Of a DNA stretch of 64,000 nt, positions 37,197-46,028 are shown piece after piece (within the stretch, counting starts at the first letter, position 1; each line of letters opens with the position of its first letter). Where the stretch lies: positions 52,290-116,289 of IMG/VR virus record IMGVR_UViG_3300045988_175036; one strand, written 5' to 3'. The notes beneath the pieces were generated by a model. The model was not told the DNA's origin. It made no database searches and saw nothing but the letters and a program-made list of their open reading frames with translations. The translations under genes were made by a program, and so were the position numbers. Source of the DNA: a virus.

Positions 37197-37373
37197 ATGG
37201 AAACTGAAACTCCGTGGAAGCCCGAAGTAAAGAAAATGTCTCCCGAACAACTTGAGAAGTGGACGGCGCTCCGTAAAAAGTGTCAAGTCTTTCCTTCTCG
37301 AAAACCATATTCGCGCAAAATCAAACATAAAAATCGAGAAAAAGAAAAAGAAAAAGAAGAAAACGAAATTTGA
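37197..37373 (+). CDS. small, highly basic protein (58 aa)
   Basis: ORF track frame; ATG 37197 after GAGGGA. Encodes METETPWKPEVKKMSPEQLEKW...KEKEKEENEI. Confidence 0.35.
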   Translation: METETPWKPEVKKMSPEQLEKWTALRKKCQVFPSRKPYSRKIKHKNREKEKEKEENEI

Positions 37374-37398
37374 AAAACTTCTAAAATTTTGGTATAAT
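37370..37398 (+). promoter_or_regulatory. sigma-A type promoter, conserved cassette (drives 1.6 kb of non-coding RNA)
   Basis: TTGAAA, 17 nt, TGgTATAAT, then ATTTATACAAGATGAGAG. Confidence 0.65.
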
Positions 37399-37489
37399 AT
37401 TTATACAAGATGAGAGAGAGAGGAACTGGTCTTTTCCTTTCTACCAGTTCCTCTCTCAGAAAGTCCTAATGTGGCTTACTTGAAAACTA

Positions 37490-37563
37490 TCCGATGTAGT
37501 TCAACTGGTTAGAACACCGCATTGATAAAGCGGAGCTGTCGGTTTGAGATCCGGCCTTCGGGT
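37490..37563 (+). tRNA. tRNA-Ile (GAU)-like, irregular
   Basis: D arm GTTC-AACTGGTTA-GAAC and anticodon loop TTGATAA. There is an A.A pair at 31:39, an 8-nt T-loop (GTCGG-TTTGAGAT-CCGGC), a U.U mismatch in the acceptor stem, and no CCA. Confidence 0.45.
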
Positions 37564-37959
37564 AGTTGGTAAGCAGTCCCAAGCCTGCATAAACACAGAG
37601 GGAGACTAATAGCGGTATTACAGTGGCCAATGTAATATCCAAAATTTCGAGACAGGCAAGTCTTCAGGCAGTAGATGTCTGATAAAACAACGACGGCGAA
37701 GGAGTCGCGACCTTCGGAGGAGCCGAGATAAACCTACGGGGAACCGCCATCGGAGAAAAGGAATTTATTAGTCAAATCAGTTTCGTGGTTCTGGGACTCA
37801 AAACCACCTCGCGCAGTTCTTACGGCGCAATATAAATAGGATGGGCGCTATCTGACATGGCGTGACGTTCAGAAGTTTCGATGCGTGGGCTTACCTATAA
37901 AACTCATGCTGGGTCTTTGGAGCCTTTTACCTCCTGTGTGAAACAAAAGGCTCGTATAT
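37564..37959 (+). ncRNA. ORF-free structured spacer G (about 395 nt)
   Basis: Hairpins ATTACA-N8-TGTAAT, CGAAGG-N8-CCTTCG, GTGGTT-N11-AACCAC and GAGCCTTTT-N17-AAAAGGCTC (37918-37952). Confidence 0.4.
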
Positions 37960-38045
37960 GCAAGTGTGGTGGAAATGGCATACACATCTGATTCAAGCTC
38001 AGATGCCCACTGGGATTAAGGGTTCGACTCCCTTCACTTGTACCA
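37960..38045 (+). tRNA. tRNA-Leu (CAA), class II
   Basis: GCAAGTG ... TCTGA TTCAAGC TCAGA, 14-nt variable arm TGCCCACTGGGATT, T arm AAGGG TTCGACT CCCTT, then CACTTGT A CCA. Confidence 0.85.
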
Positions 38046-38966
38046 GAAATTCGTGTCCCGCTAAGCTCTATAATGATTGTGGCGAGGCTAAGGCGTTGGC
38101 AGATAAGGGGCAACCGCACGAATTAGAATATTGCGCAGGTCGTCTAACAGTAGGACGCCAGACTCATTATCTGGAGACAACGTGCAACTCGTTCGTGCGC
38201 AACCATTCGCTTTGGCGAAACTCTCGTAGAGGATGGATTTTACGGTTCAACTACCACCGGCTTCCGAGCCCGACCGCTATGGCTGACAACGAAGATATGT
38301 GGCTTTGTCATTTGCCGAGAGTATAATAAATAAAAACGAAAGCAAACCGTTTATTTGTTCCTTGAAAATAAAATATCTTAGAACTCGATGACAAACATTC
38401 TGTGACTAGGAATGTCGAGGCGTTTTGAAAAGGGCGGCAGACAACGAACAAGGATACTTGTGGATACTGACCGGTGCGCGTGACGTGAGTTGCGTGCCAG
38501 AGAGGATGGACTCCCAACCCTAAGAGGCGGCATCGAGATTAACGCGAGTAAAGGTAGGACGCGCGTCGCTGGCGTAATAGAGGCTTTCAAGATAATTGAG
38601 AGCTGAATCCTAATCTCCCTTAGTTGGTGACTGTGGGTAAATCATTTGATTAGGAAATAACCACAAGCCAGTTTGTTGTGAAGCGAAGAAATTCGTGTAT
38701 AAGACGTGTATGTGGCCTCTGAGTAGCCAAAGACAAGCACAATAATGATTATTGATAATAAAAATCAAGAACTTGCTGAATGGCTGGTGAAAGGTTCTGG
38801 TAATCAATCCAGAAGAGACTACGCGCACGAAGGTGCGGCTATGGGAAGTATGCGCGGGACGCTGCGTATGCTCAGCCCCATGGTGCTCTTGACTGAATAT
38901 ACTTGAAGTTAGTTTTCGGTAGGTTGAAGAACCCATAGATATTTTATTTTCAGGGAACAAATCCCT
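38046..38966 (+). ncRNA. large ORF-free structured region H (about 920 nt), candidate giant ncRNA(s)
   Basis: GC-enriched; only short overlapping track ORFs on both strands. Long-range pair 38048-38055 with 38117-38124. GAAATTCGTGT is repeated at 38046 and 38688. Ends at the 38967 terminator. Confidence 0.45.
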
Positions 38967-38994
38967 TTTGACGGAAAGGAACGTCAAAATTTTG
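38967..38994 (+). terminator. intrinsic terminator closing the RNA island
   Basis: TTTGACG-gaaaggaa-CGTCAAA followed by ATTTT. Confidence 0.5.
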
Positions 38995-39016
38995 AAATGA
39001 TAGGAGAGGAACTATT

Positions 39017-39307
39017 ATGGCAAGATTTTATAGCGATATTACAAACAAGCTCTACGATAGCATGGATGACCTTGAAGAGGCTGAAAAGAAGATTATCGCA
39101 AAACAAGAAGAGAAAAGAGTGGCAGAACAGAAGCGTGCAGACGAGCGCAAAGTTCGCGCACAGGAAATTGATGAACTGCAAAAGACTTATGTAGAGGCAC
39201 GAAAGGCGTATACAGAAGCTCTTGAGAAATTCTGTAATGATTACGGAACTTTTCACACCTCCATTTCTTCTGATAATCTTTTCGATTTTCTTTGGAGTTG
39301 GATGTAA
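39017..39307 (+). CDS. coiled-coil protein (96 aa)
   Basis: ORF track; AGGAGAGG RBS; E/K-rich helix. Confidence 0.55.
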   Translation: MARFYSDITNKLYDSMDDLEEAEKKIIAKQEEKRVAEQKRADERKVRAQEIDELQKTYVEARKAYTEALEKFCNDYGTFHTSISSDNLFDFLWSWM

Positions 39308-39312
39308 TAGGA

Positions 39313-39341
39313 ACGCGCCCTTGACTGGGCGCTTTCTTTTT
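39313..39341 (+). terminator. intrinsic terminator
   Basis: GCGCCC-ttgact-GGGCGC followed by TTTCTTTTT. Confidence 0.65.
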
Positions 39342-39371
39342 ATCAAAATAGAAATATAAAGGAGAAAACGA

Positions 39372-39572
39372 ATGACGCTTTATTTCGACAATGGATATGA
39401 GCCGAGGCGGCCTATTGGTCATCCTAGCACTAAGGAAAGTGCGTATCAACTGGTTTACAAGTTTTTAGAGGAGCACAACTATAAGGCCCCCTATACAAGA
39501 GAATGGACAAATGACATCAATGAGACTTGGATTGATGTTGGAAGCCACACAGAATTCTTTATTTGGTGCTAA
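39372..39572 (+). CDS. hypothetical protein (66 aa)
   Basis: ORF track; AAAGGAG RBS. Confidence 0.5.
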   Translation: MTLYFDNGYEPRRPIGHPSTKESAYQLVYKFLEEHNYKAPYTREWTNDINETWIDVGSHTEFFIWC

Positions 39573-39644
39573 TTTATCAAGATTATTTGGCGCGCGACTA
39601 CTTAGGGATAGAAAGAAAAATATATCCCAGAAAAGGAGAATAGA

Positions 39645-40283
39645 ATGAAGAAAAATGAAGATATCGGACTACTACCGCTAGTCCAAATTCCAGAAAGCGC
39701 GAATTATTCACTTCCCGACGATAATCTCCTGTCGTTCTACAATGATTTGGAAGAACGATTACTTTGGGTAACAGATGGAATTGATAGCTGTTCCTTGAAT
39801 ATTATTCATTATATTTTGAAGTGGAATCGTGAAGATAAGGGGATTGAGCTTTCCGCGCGAAAGCCTATTCGTCTTCTCATTTTTAGCCCCGGTGGAGAGC
39901 TTGATGTTTTTACTGCCATCGGCAATATTATTCGCCTTTCAAAAACTCCTGTTATTGGTATCAATATTTCGTGCGCTTATAGTGCCGCGGCGATGATACT
40001 TTTAATGTGTCATAAGAGATATGCTTTGAGCAGTGATGTTTCTGTTCTTTTCCATCAAGGAAGTTGTTCCGGCATTCAGGGAACTTATGATCAGATTGCT
40101 AATTTTATGAAAGAATATGATGAGCAAGTTTCTCGTCTTTCTCAGGTTATTCTCGATAGAACTTCATTTACAAAAGAAGAAGTAGATGAAAAGATGAAGA
40201 GCGATTGGTATGTATCCGCGCGCGAAGGCGTTGAACGCGGCGTATATGATGGTATTATTTCTTCTATCGATGAATTGATTTGA
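39645..40283 (+). CDS. ClpP-like (S14) serine protease
   Basis: IFSPGGELDVFTAIGNII ... CAYSAAAMILL ... LFHQGS (Ser/His of the ClpP family). Confidence 0.8.
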   Translation: MKKNEDIGLLPLVQIPESANYSLPDDNLLSFYNDLEERLLWVTDGIDSCSLNIIHYILKWNREDKGIELSARKPIRLLIFSPGGELDVFTAIGNIIRLSKTPVIGINISCAYSAAAMILLMCHKRYALSSDVSVLFHQGSCSGIQGTYDQIANFMKEYDEQVSRLSQVILDRTSFTKEEVDEKMKSDWYVSAREGVERGVYDGIISSIDELI

Positions 40284-40293
40284 GGAGGACTTT

Positions 40294-41112
40294 ATGGATT
40301 ATACTGGCATTAGGGATTTGAAGCTAAATTCAGAGGAATTAGCTCAATTTTATCAAGGTGACTATCCAATTCGAGACTTATTAGAGAATCAATATGTTTT
40401 TATCAGAGACGAAACTGATAAGATAGCTGATAAGTTCTTTTGGCGCGCGGGGCACTTAGAAAGAGTTCCGTTTCTTACAATCAAAAATGATTTCTGTGGC
40501 ACTATTAAGCCGCGCAATCCATATCAAGAATGCGCGATACATATGTTGAATGATAGAAAAGCGCCAGTAAAAGTTTTTACGTCTGTTTATGGTGGAGGCA
40601 AAGACTTCTTGATGTCCGCGCAGGCTCTCTCTCTAATCGAAAAAGGAGTTTTTGAAAAGCTCGTTTATATTCGTCCAAATGTTTCATTAGGAGATATCCC
40701 AGATATTGGATATTTGAAGGGCGATGAGTTTGCGAAATTGAGCTGGACACTGGCTCCACTTTGGGATAAGTTTGGTGGTCGAGAAACGGTTGAAGAAATG
40801 TGCCAAAATAACCAGATTGAACTTGTTCCATTACCGCATATTCGTGGTCGCTCATTCAATAATGCACTTGTTTATGTAAGTGAGGCGCAAAACATTACAA
40901 GAGAAATCGCACGCCTTATCATTTCTCGTATTGGTGAGAACAGCGAAATTTGGTATAATGGAGATTATCGCCAGGTTGATAGACGAATGTATGATGCAGA
41001 TAACGGTTTGCGCGCGACTATTGACAGTTTGGCAGGTAATTCTCTTTTTGAAATGGTTTATTCTCCTGTTACAGAGCGCTCCATGGTTGCACGATTGGCG
41101 GAAATAATTTGA
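40294..41112 (+). CDS. PhoH-like protein with a degenerate Walker A
   Basis: KPRNPYQECAI...; VYGGGKD replaces GxxGTGKT; then LGYLKGDEFAK, PLPHIRGRSF, VSEAQN and GDYRQVD. Confidence 0.7.
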   Translation: MDYTGIRDLKLNSEELAQFYQGDYPIRDLLENQYVFIRDETDKIADKFFWRAGHLERVPFLTIKNDFCGTIKPRNPYQECAIHMLNDRKAPVKVFTSVYGGGKDFLMSAQALSLIEKGVFEKLVYIRPNVSLGDIPDIGYLKGDEFAKLSWTLAPLWDKFGGRETVEEMCQNNQIELVPLPHIRGRSFNNALVYVSEAQNITREIARLIISRIGENSEIWYNGDYRQVDRRMYDADNGLRATIDSLAGNSLFEMVYSPVTERSMVARLAEII

Positions 41113-41156
41113 AAATCAGCACCGGCTTCCTGCGGCGCTGTCTATATATATCGTAG

Positions 41157-41185
41157 GGAGAGGGCGTGAGTCCTCTCCTTATTTT
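41157..41185 (+). terminator. intrinsic terminator
   Basis: GGAGAGG-gcgtgagt-CCTCTCC followed by TTATTTTA. Confidence 0.6.
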
Positions 41186-41199
41186 ATGGAGTGAGATAA

Positions 41200-42882
41200 A
41201 TGGCATATCAATCTGTCTATTGGAAAAAATATGATAGGTCAAAGATGTTTTCTCAAATGGATGTCTTTTATAATTATCTTGGAGAAGACCCCGCGCGGCC
41301 TTCACTGGCAGTTTTGAAAGGAATGGCAGAAGACAGTTTCAATCGCCACTTGAATCAGATAAGAGAAATCTCAAAAAATGTTGAACCTTACAGGCGTATT
41401 GCTGAGACAGAAAAGGAAAAGGAATTAGCTCTTTTGCGCGAGGTATTTGGGCAAGACCTTCATATAAATCTTCAAGACCAAAATGATGTAAAGTCGTTGA
41501 TTGAGGCATTGAACAGTGTTTTGAATATAAAAGATGTATATAATAGGAATGTTCGAACTTTGGAGCTTTCTAAGGGTGGTATGAAAAGCGTTGTATCTTT
41601 CTTCCCAACCTATTTTCTCCAAGTTTGGAATGAACAGTGGGAAGACATCTATTTAGCGACTTGTGACATGTTCGCGCGAGGAAAAATTACATTGGAAGAT
41701 GCCTTGAAAAAAGAGGTCAATAAAAGAATTGATAATATGACAATTGAAGCAATAGAGAGAATGTTGTCCGCGCGAGCTGAGATGAAGGATATGCGCGAAG
41801 ACGATAAATATAATAAAGCTTACCAAGAATTACTTGACGCAATTAGGGCTCTTCCAAGGTATAGAAATGAAATCATCGAAAGAATTCGTTCAATTTATCA
41901 GCTAGACAAGCTAAGCGACAGTATTACAGAGCAAATCAAAGGGGAAGGGCATATAACAAAGAAACAAATAGAAAAGAAACTAAAAAATTCTGCTAAAAAA
42001 CCAGTTGAAATTCAATCAGCTTCGCGCGGAGGATTGACTTTAGAGGCTATTGAGAAAATGGTTTTCAATATGATTGGAGACAAAATAGAAGCCAATGGTG
42101 GAATGGCTAGAACCATTCATACTGGTAAGATTGGTAATATGAAAGCAGATAATATTATGACAATCGGTCTTGCTCCTTCCATCATTGATGAATGGATTGA
42201 TGACATTATGGAGATTTCTGGTTCATCGCGTGCAGATAATATAGAAAGAATTCGACGTCTTGGAGAATTGACACAAAATGCAGATAAAGGTTTTATAATC
42301 TATTCTAGTGATAAAAATTATACTTTGAATCAAAGGTTTCGTGAGCAATTTGGTTTTTCTGCCGGATCGGCACTGTCCGCTCAATCATTCTATGATGTCA
42401 CGCGCAATGTAAATAAGAACGCGCGCACTTTTACTGGTTTATTGGTCAATACAATTGGCGGAGCTATAATGGATACCGAAGGAACACGTGACCGCTTAGC
42501 AGAGATTATTGCAGAGGACATTGCTGTAATGCTTTTTGATGATTATCAGACAATTGGTGATTTTAGAGGGAAAGTAGGAGCTAGTGCTATTCATATAATG
42601 AATTTAGGTAATATAATGATACCACTTTCCGTCTTTTTGACGATGTTTGCTAATGCAGTCGAGCAAGCGGAGAGTGAACCTTCTGATTTTGTGAAGGTCG
42701 CAATTATGACACCTGAAATTGAATTCAAAACATATTCAGAGCAACTGGAATGGCAGGCTAGGAATGAGGCGACTTCTAGTGAAGCTTGGAGCTTCCAGCG
42801 GGAGCAAACTTTACAAAAGATTCGTATTTCGGTTCGTTTCTTCCGAGAATTCCGTTCTTTCATCACCACGCTCGGTCAATAA
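41200..42882 (+). CDS. hypothetical protein (560 aa)
   Basis: ORF track; GGAG RBS; no motif recognised. Confidence 0.55.
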   Translation: MAYQSVYWKKYDRSKMFSQMDVFYNYLGEDPARPSLAVLKGMAEDSFNRHLNQIREISKNVEPYRRIAETEKEKELALLREVFGQDLHINLQDQNDVKSLIEALNSVLNIKDVYNRNVRTLELSKGGMKSVVSFFPTYFLQVWNEQWEDIYLATCDMFARGKITLEDALKKEVNKRIDNMTIEAIERMLSARAEMKDMREDDKYNKAYQELLDAIRALPRYRNEIIERIRSIYQLDKLSDSITEQIKGEGHITKKQIEKKLKNSAKKPVEIQSASRGGLTLEAIEKMVFNMIGDKIEANGGMARTIHTGKIGNMKADNIMTIGLAPSIIDEWIDDIMEISGSSRADNIERIRRLGELTQNADKGFIIYSSDKNYTLNQRFREQFGFSAGSALSAQSFYDVTRNVNKNARTFTGLLVNTIGGAIMDTEGTRDRLAEIIAEDIAVMLFDDYQTIGDFRGKVGASAIHIMNLGNIMIPLSVFLTMFANAVEQAESEPSDFVKVAIMTPEIEFKTYSEQLEWQARNEATSSEAWSFQREQTLQKIRISVRFFREFRSFITTLGQ

Positions 42883-42883
42883 T

Positions 42884-42912
42884 TTGAAAATCAAAAAAAA
42901 TTATGATATACT
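42884..42912 (+). promoter_or_regulatory. sigma-A type promoter, conserved cassette
   Basis: TTGAAA, 17 nt, TGaTATACT, then ATTTATAGAAAGTAG. Confidence 0.65.
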
Positions 42913-42944
42913 ATTTATAGAAAGTAGAAAGGAAAGAGAATATC

Positions 42945-43598
42945 ATGAAGCCTTCTTTTGAATTGGTTGCCTCTATTATTGATGAGCTTATTGAAGATAC
43001 TGATTATGGTAACATTTATGATTATGTTTTCGACGGTGCTAGTGATATTAGTTGTTGGCTTTACGAGGTAGAGAACTATACTCATTTTGAGATGGCACAC
43101 GGTTATACAAAAATTGTCATTGAAAGCGATAGATTAGGTGATTGGGTTTTGAAAATTCCCATCATCAGGAAAAGAAAAGATTTTTGCGCAATCGAGGTTG
43201 CTAATTATAAAGCCGCCTGTGAGGCTGGACTTGAGAGATTTTTTGCTCCTACTTTTTTCTTTGCTGAAATTTCAAATATTCCAGTTTATATTCAGAAAAA
43301 AGTTTATTGCTGCGAAGGCGATGTTAGTGATAACTTCTATGATTGGACTGCACGACAGATGGAAGAAAGTCGCTACGAGTATGATACCGATGATGAATTT
43401 GATGATGCCGTTTATGAAGAGGCTTCTAATCTAACCACCCAGAGTTCTTTGCGCGCGATGTTTGAAGAAACAAATGACCTTGAAGACATTGATAAGCTTT
43501 ATTGTTTTTGTAATAAATTTCATATCAACGACCTTCATTCTGGAAATTACGGTTTTGATAACGGCCGCGCGGTTATTATAGATTTCTCTGGTTTCTAA
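42945..43598 (+). CDS. protein-kinase-like fold protein (217 aa, ends just after a DFG-like motif)
   Basis: WVLKIP (VAIK-like Lys), HINDLHSGNYG (HxDLHxxN catalytic loop), IIDFSGF (DFG-like). Confidence 0.4.
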   Translation: MKPSFELVASIIDELIEDTDYGNIYDYVFDGASDISCWLYEVENYTHFEMAHGYTKIVIESDRLGDWVLKIPIIRKRKDFCAIEVANYKAACEAGLERFFAPTFFFAEISNIPVYIQKKVYCCEGDVSDNFYDWTARQMEESRYEYDTDDEFDDAVYEEASNLTTQSSLRAMFEETNDLEDIDKLYCFCNKFHINDLHSGNYGFDNGRAVIIDFSGF

Positions 43599-43668
43599 TT
43601 TTTAGAGAACACTAAAGAAAAACCCACTTTAGAATAAGGTCTATTGATTTCGTCGAAAAGGAGGAAAA

Positions 43669-44223
43669 ATGAAAGTAAGAAAAGTGATTATTGCTTTGAT
43701 ACTTTCTTTTCTTCTCTTCTCTAATACAAGCGCGCACTGCCTCAAAGAGATTGAGATAACAGCACGCGCGCAAATAGCAATTACACAATGTGAACTACTA
43801 AAAATTTCAAATAAAGTTATTTTGGATGCATTCCAAATTCCAAGCGTCCCTGCCAATGGCGAAATGCCAAAAAGTGGGGAAGAAATAGAGAAAGAAGAAA
43901 ATGAAATTGAAATTCTAGCAAAATTACTGTTTTGTGAAGCGGGCGCGACTTCCTGGGATTGTCAAGTTTACGTTTGTTCTGCCATTCTAAATCTATCAGA
44001 ATATACTGGACGTTCAATTTGGGATATTGCGCATGATATCAATACTATGGCGGTTGCGCCGTATGTTGATTATGCCAGTCCACTCCCTACGCAGTATGAT
44101 ATAATTGAATATGTGATGGAAGAAGGAAAGATTGAAGGAGTAATGTTCTTTAGAACAAGTTATTATCATCCTTTTGGAACACCAATTTGTTCTATTGATA
44201 ATGTTTATTTTTCTTCTCCATAA
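43669..44223 (+). CDS. secreted SleB/CwlJ-like cell-wall hydrolase
   Basis: Signal peptide, then LLFCEAGATSWDCQVYVCSAILNL, resembling the Hydrolase_2 core. Confidence 0.5.
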   Translation: MKVRKVIIALILSFLLFSNTSAHCLKEIEITARAQIAITQCELLKISNKVILDAFQIPSVPANGEMPKSGEEIEKEENEIEILAKLLFCEAGATSWDCQVYVCSAILNLSEYTGRSIWDIAHDINTMAVAPYVDYASPLPTQYDIIEYVMEEGKIEGVMFFRTSYYHPFGTPICSIDNVYFSSP

Positions 44224-44232
44224 GGAGGGATA

Positions 44233-44982
44233 ATGAATCAAATTATTTTGCCTCATGGTAATGGCGCGCCAGGTATTTCAAATTTGCCAGAGTATGGTCT
44301 TGGCGTAGATACAAAAAATTTTTTGCTTTACTATAGAAAAAATAATGAAATAGTGCCAATCAACGCGCCTGCGCAAATTTTTGTCTCAGGAAGTGAACCA
44401 ACTGGCGATAAAGATATGATTTGGTTTGACGATAGCGCACAAGAAGAAATTTACTTTATGAAAATAAAGAGGAAGGGAGCTTCAGAATGGTTTACTCCGC
44501 TAACTGATTTGGTTAGTGGGACTTCTGGAATTTTGAGAATAAACAAAGGTGGAACTGGTAGGAGTTCTTGGACTCAAGGCCAGATAGTTTATTCTCCTAA
44601 TGGAAGTTCTCTTGGTCAAATTCCAAATGAAGCTGGTGCGCTATATTGTGATGGTTCAAAGCCGCCTAAGTTTGGAACTTTGCCTATTATAAGAGGAGGC
44701 ACTGGTGCGACTTCTAAAAGTGGCGCGCAGAAAAATCTAGGAATTCAATATGGCACAGCCAGTATTACAACCAAAACCTCTGGTTCTAATTCTACTGTTA
44801 GTGTAACTTTTCCAACTGCATTTTCATCTGTACCGAAAGTTATTGTCAGCCAAGTATTCAATGATAAAAATATTGTGATACTAAAAGACAATATTAGTGC
44901 TACAGGTTTTACTGCTATTCTTGAAAGTAGTTTTTCTAGTGTAGTAACTAGGAAATTTGATTGGTTAGCAATCTCAACATAA
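44233..44982 (+). CDS. tail-fibre-like protein with a C-terminal H-type-lectin-like domain
   Basis: GGTG repeats (INKGGTGRSS, IRGGTGATS). C-terminus VTFPTAFSSVPKVIVSQVF...ATGFTAILES. Confidence 0.5.
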   Translation: MNQIILPHGNGAPGISNLPEYGLGVDTKNFLLYYRKNNEIVPINAPAQIFVSGSEPTGDKDMIWFDDSAQEEIYFMKIKRKGASEWFTPLTDLVSGTSGILRINKGGTGRSSWTQGQIVYSPNGSSLGQIPNEAGALYCDGSKPPKFGTLPIIRGGTGATSKSGAQKNLGIQYGTASITTKTSGSNSTVSVTFPTAFSSVPKVIVSQVFNDKNIVILKDNISATGFTAILESSFSSVVTRKFDWLAIST

Positions 44983-45030
44983 GTTCGAAAGGAGGCGAGA
45001 AAAATTTCTACTTCAACTACGCCCTCTAAT

Positions 45031-46020
45031 TTGGTAATAAACAAATTTCCAAATAGAGAAGTTTATGAAAAGATAAAAGAAAAGGGGAGTCTTGGCGCGG
45101 ATGACGTAAATGTCTTGGAGGATTATCCTGGACTGGAATGGAAGAGAGAATATTCTTCTACTGCAACTTATGTCAAAGGTGATATTGTCTATTACGAGAA
45201 TATGCTCTATGTAATGGCTAGTGCAAGTGTAATTGGCGCAATTCCAGGAATCGATAATGATTGGATAGATTTTGCTAAGCGCTCTGTTACTAGTTCTGAT
45301 GTTACAAACGCTCTTGGTTTTACTCCAGCGGATAGCACAAAAGTATTGCCTTTGAGTGGTGGCACTTTGACAGGCAATTTGACTGGCAAGTATATTATTG
45401 GAACTTGGCTTCAAGCTACTGACGCAGGTCACTTAGCTACCACGCCGACAAAAATTCCAGTTTTTGATGACAAAGGATGGATTTATTATAGAACTCCAGC
45501 AGAGATTCTAAAAGACATTGGAGCAAGTTCTGGCTATACGCTGACCGAGGCCGATAAGACGGAGATTGCGGGGAAAGTCGTAGCCGATGGGACAGAATTC
45601 ACGCTTTCAGACTTTCCGACCGCGCTCAAAAATCCGAATGCGCTGACATTTACGGGAGCGGCGACGGGGACTTACGATGGCTCTGCGGCTCTGACGGTTA
45701 ACATTCCGGCGGGCGGGTCTTCCGGATCCGGCGGAGCACTCAAGGCGATGAGCGCCGTGGCGGGGTACATCGGCATCCCCGCGGCGGAGCTGCCGGAAAA
45801 CGGCGTGGTGTGGATGTGCTTTGGCTCCGGCGACAGCACGGAGCTGTATACCGGCACGGTGACGATCCAGGATGCCTGGATCGCAGTTAACGATATGCTT
45901 GTGATCACAAACGGGACAGTAAACCCGCTCAATCAGGTATCGTGGGTCAGCGATGGCCTCGCGATATACGGACTGTCGACAAATGACTACCGGGGCGTGT
46001 ACATGGTCACAGGCGGATAG
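45031..46020 (+). CDS. tail fibre protein, chimeric (AT-rich N-terminal half, high-GC C-terminal half)
   Basis: LSGGTLTGNLTG ... YRTPAEILKDIGA fibre motifs. Composition switches at about 45535. Confidence 0.6.
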   Translation: MVINKFPNREVYEKIKEKGSLGADDVNVLEDYPGLEWKREYSSTATYVKGDIVYYENMLYVMASASVIGAIPGIDNDWIDFAKRSVTSSDVTNALGFTPADSTKVLPLSGGTLTGNLTGKYIIGTWLQATDAGHLATTPTKIPVFDDKGWIYYRTPAEILKDIGASSGYTLTEADKTEIAGKVVADGTEFTLSDFPTALKNPNALTFTGAATGTYDGSAALTVNIPAGGSSGSGGALKAMSAVAGYIGIPAAELPENGVVWMCFGSGDSTELYTGTVTIQDAWIAVNDMLVITNGTVNPLNQVSWVSDGLAIYGLSTNDYRGVYMVTGG

Positions 46021-46028
46021 GAGGGCAT

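Noticed and set aside
36022-39449. Track ORFs inside the RNA island (36022-36273, 36785-37039, 36979-37308, 37904-38119, 37958-38326, 38308-38517, 38378-38590, 38610-38987, 38984-39346, 39093-39449).
   Set aside because: They overlap tRNA genes or each other on both strands, have no RBS and give Arg/Cys/Pro/Ser-rich nonsense-like peptides. They are better explained as chance ORFs in GC-enriched non-coding DNA.
34633-39598. 15-mer TATTTGGCGC(A/G)CGAC at 34635 and 39584, as possible direct repeats (att or TSD-like) flanking the RNA island.
   Set aside because: A 15-mer with one mismatch is expected by chance many times among all position pairs in 64 kb, and no further flanking similarity or integrase gene is present. 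I keep it only as a weak note.
41105-41150. TAATTTGAAAATC after the PhoH-like gene as another copy of the promoter cassette.
   Set aside because: The -35-like TTGAAA is present, but the sequence 17 nt downstream is GC-rich (GCGGCG) with no -10 box. The TATATATA further on is about 28 nt away.
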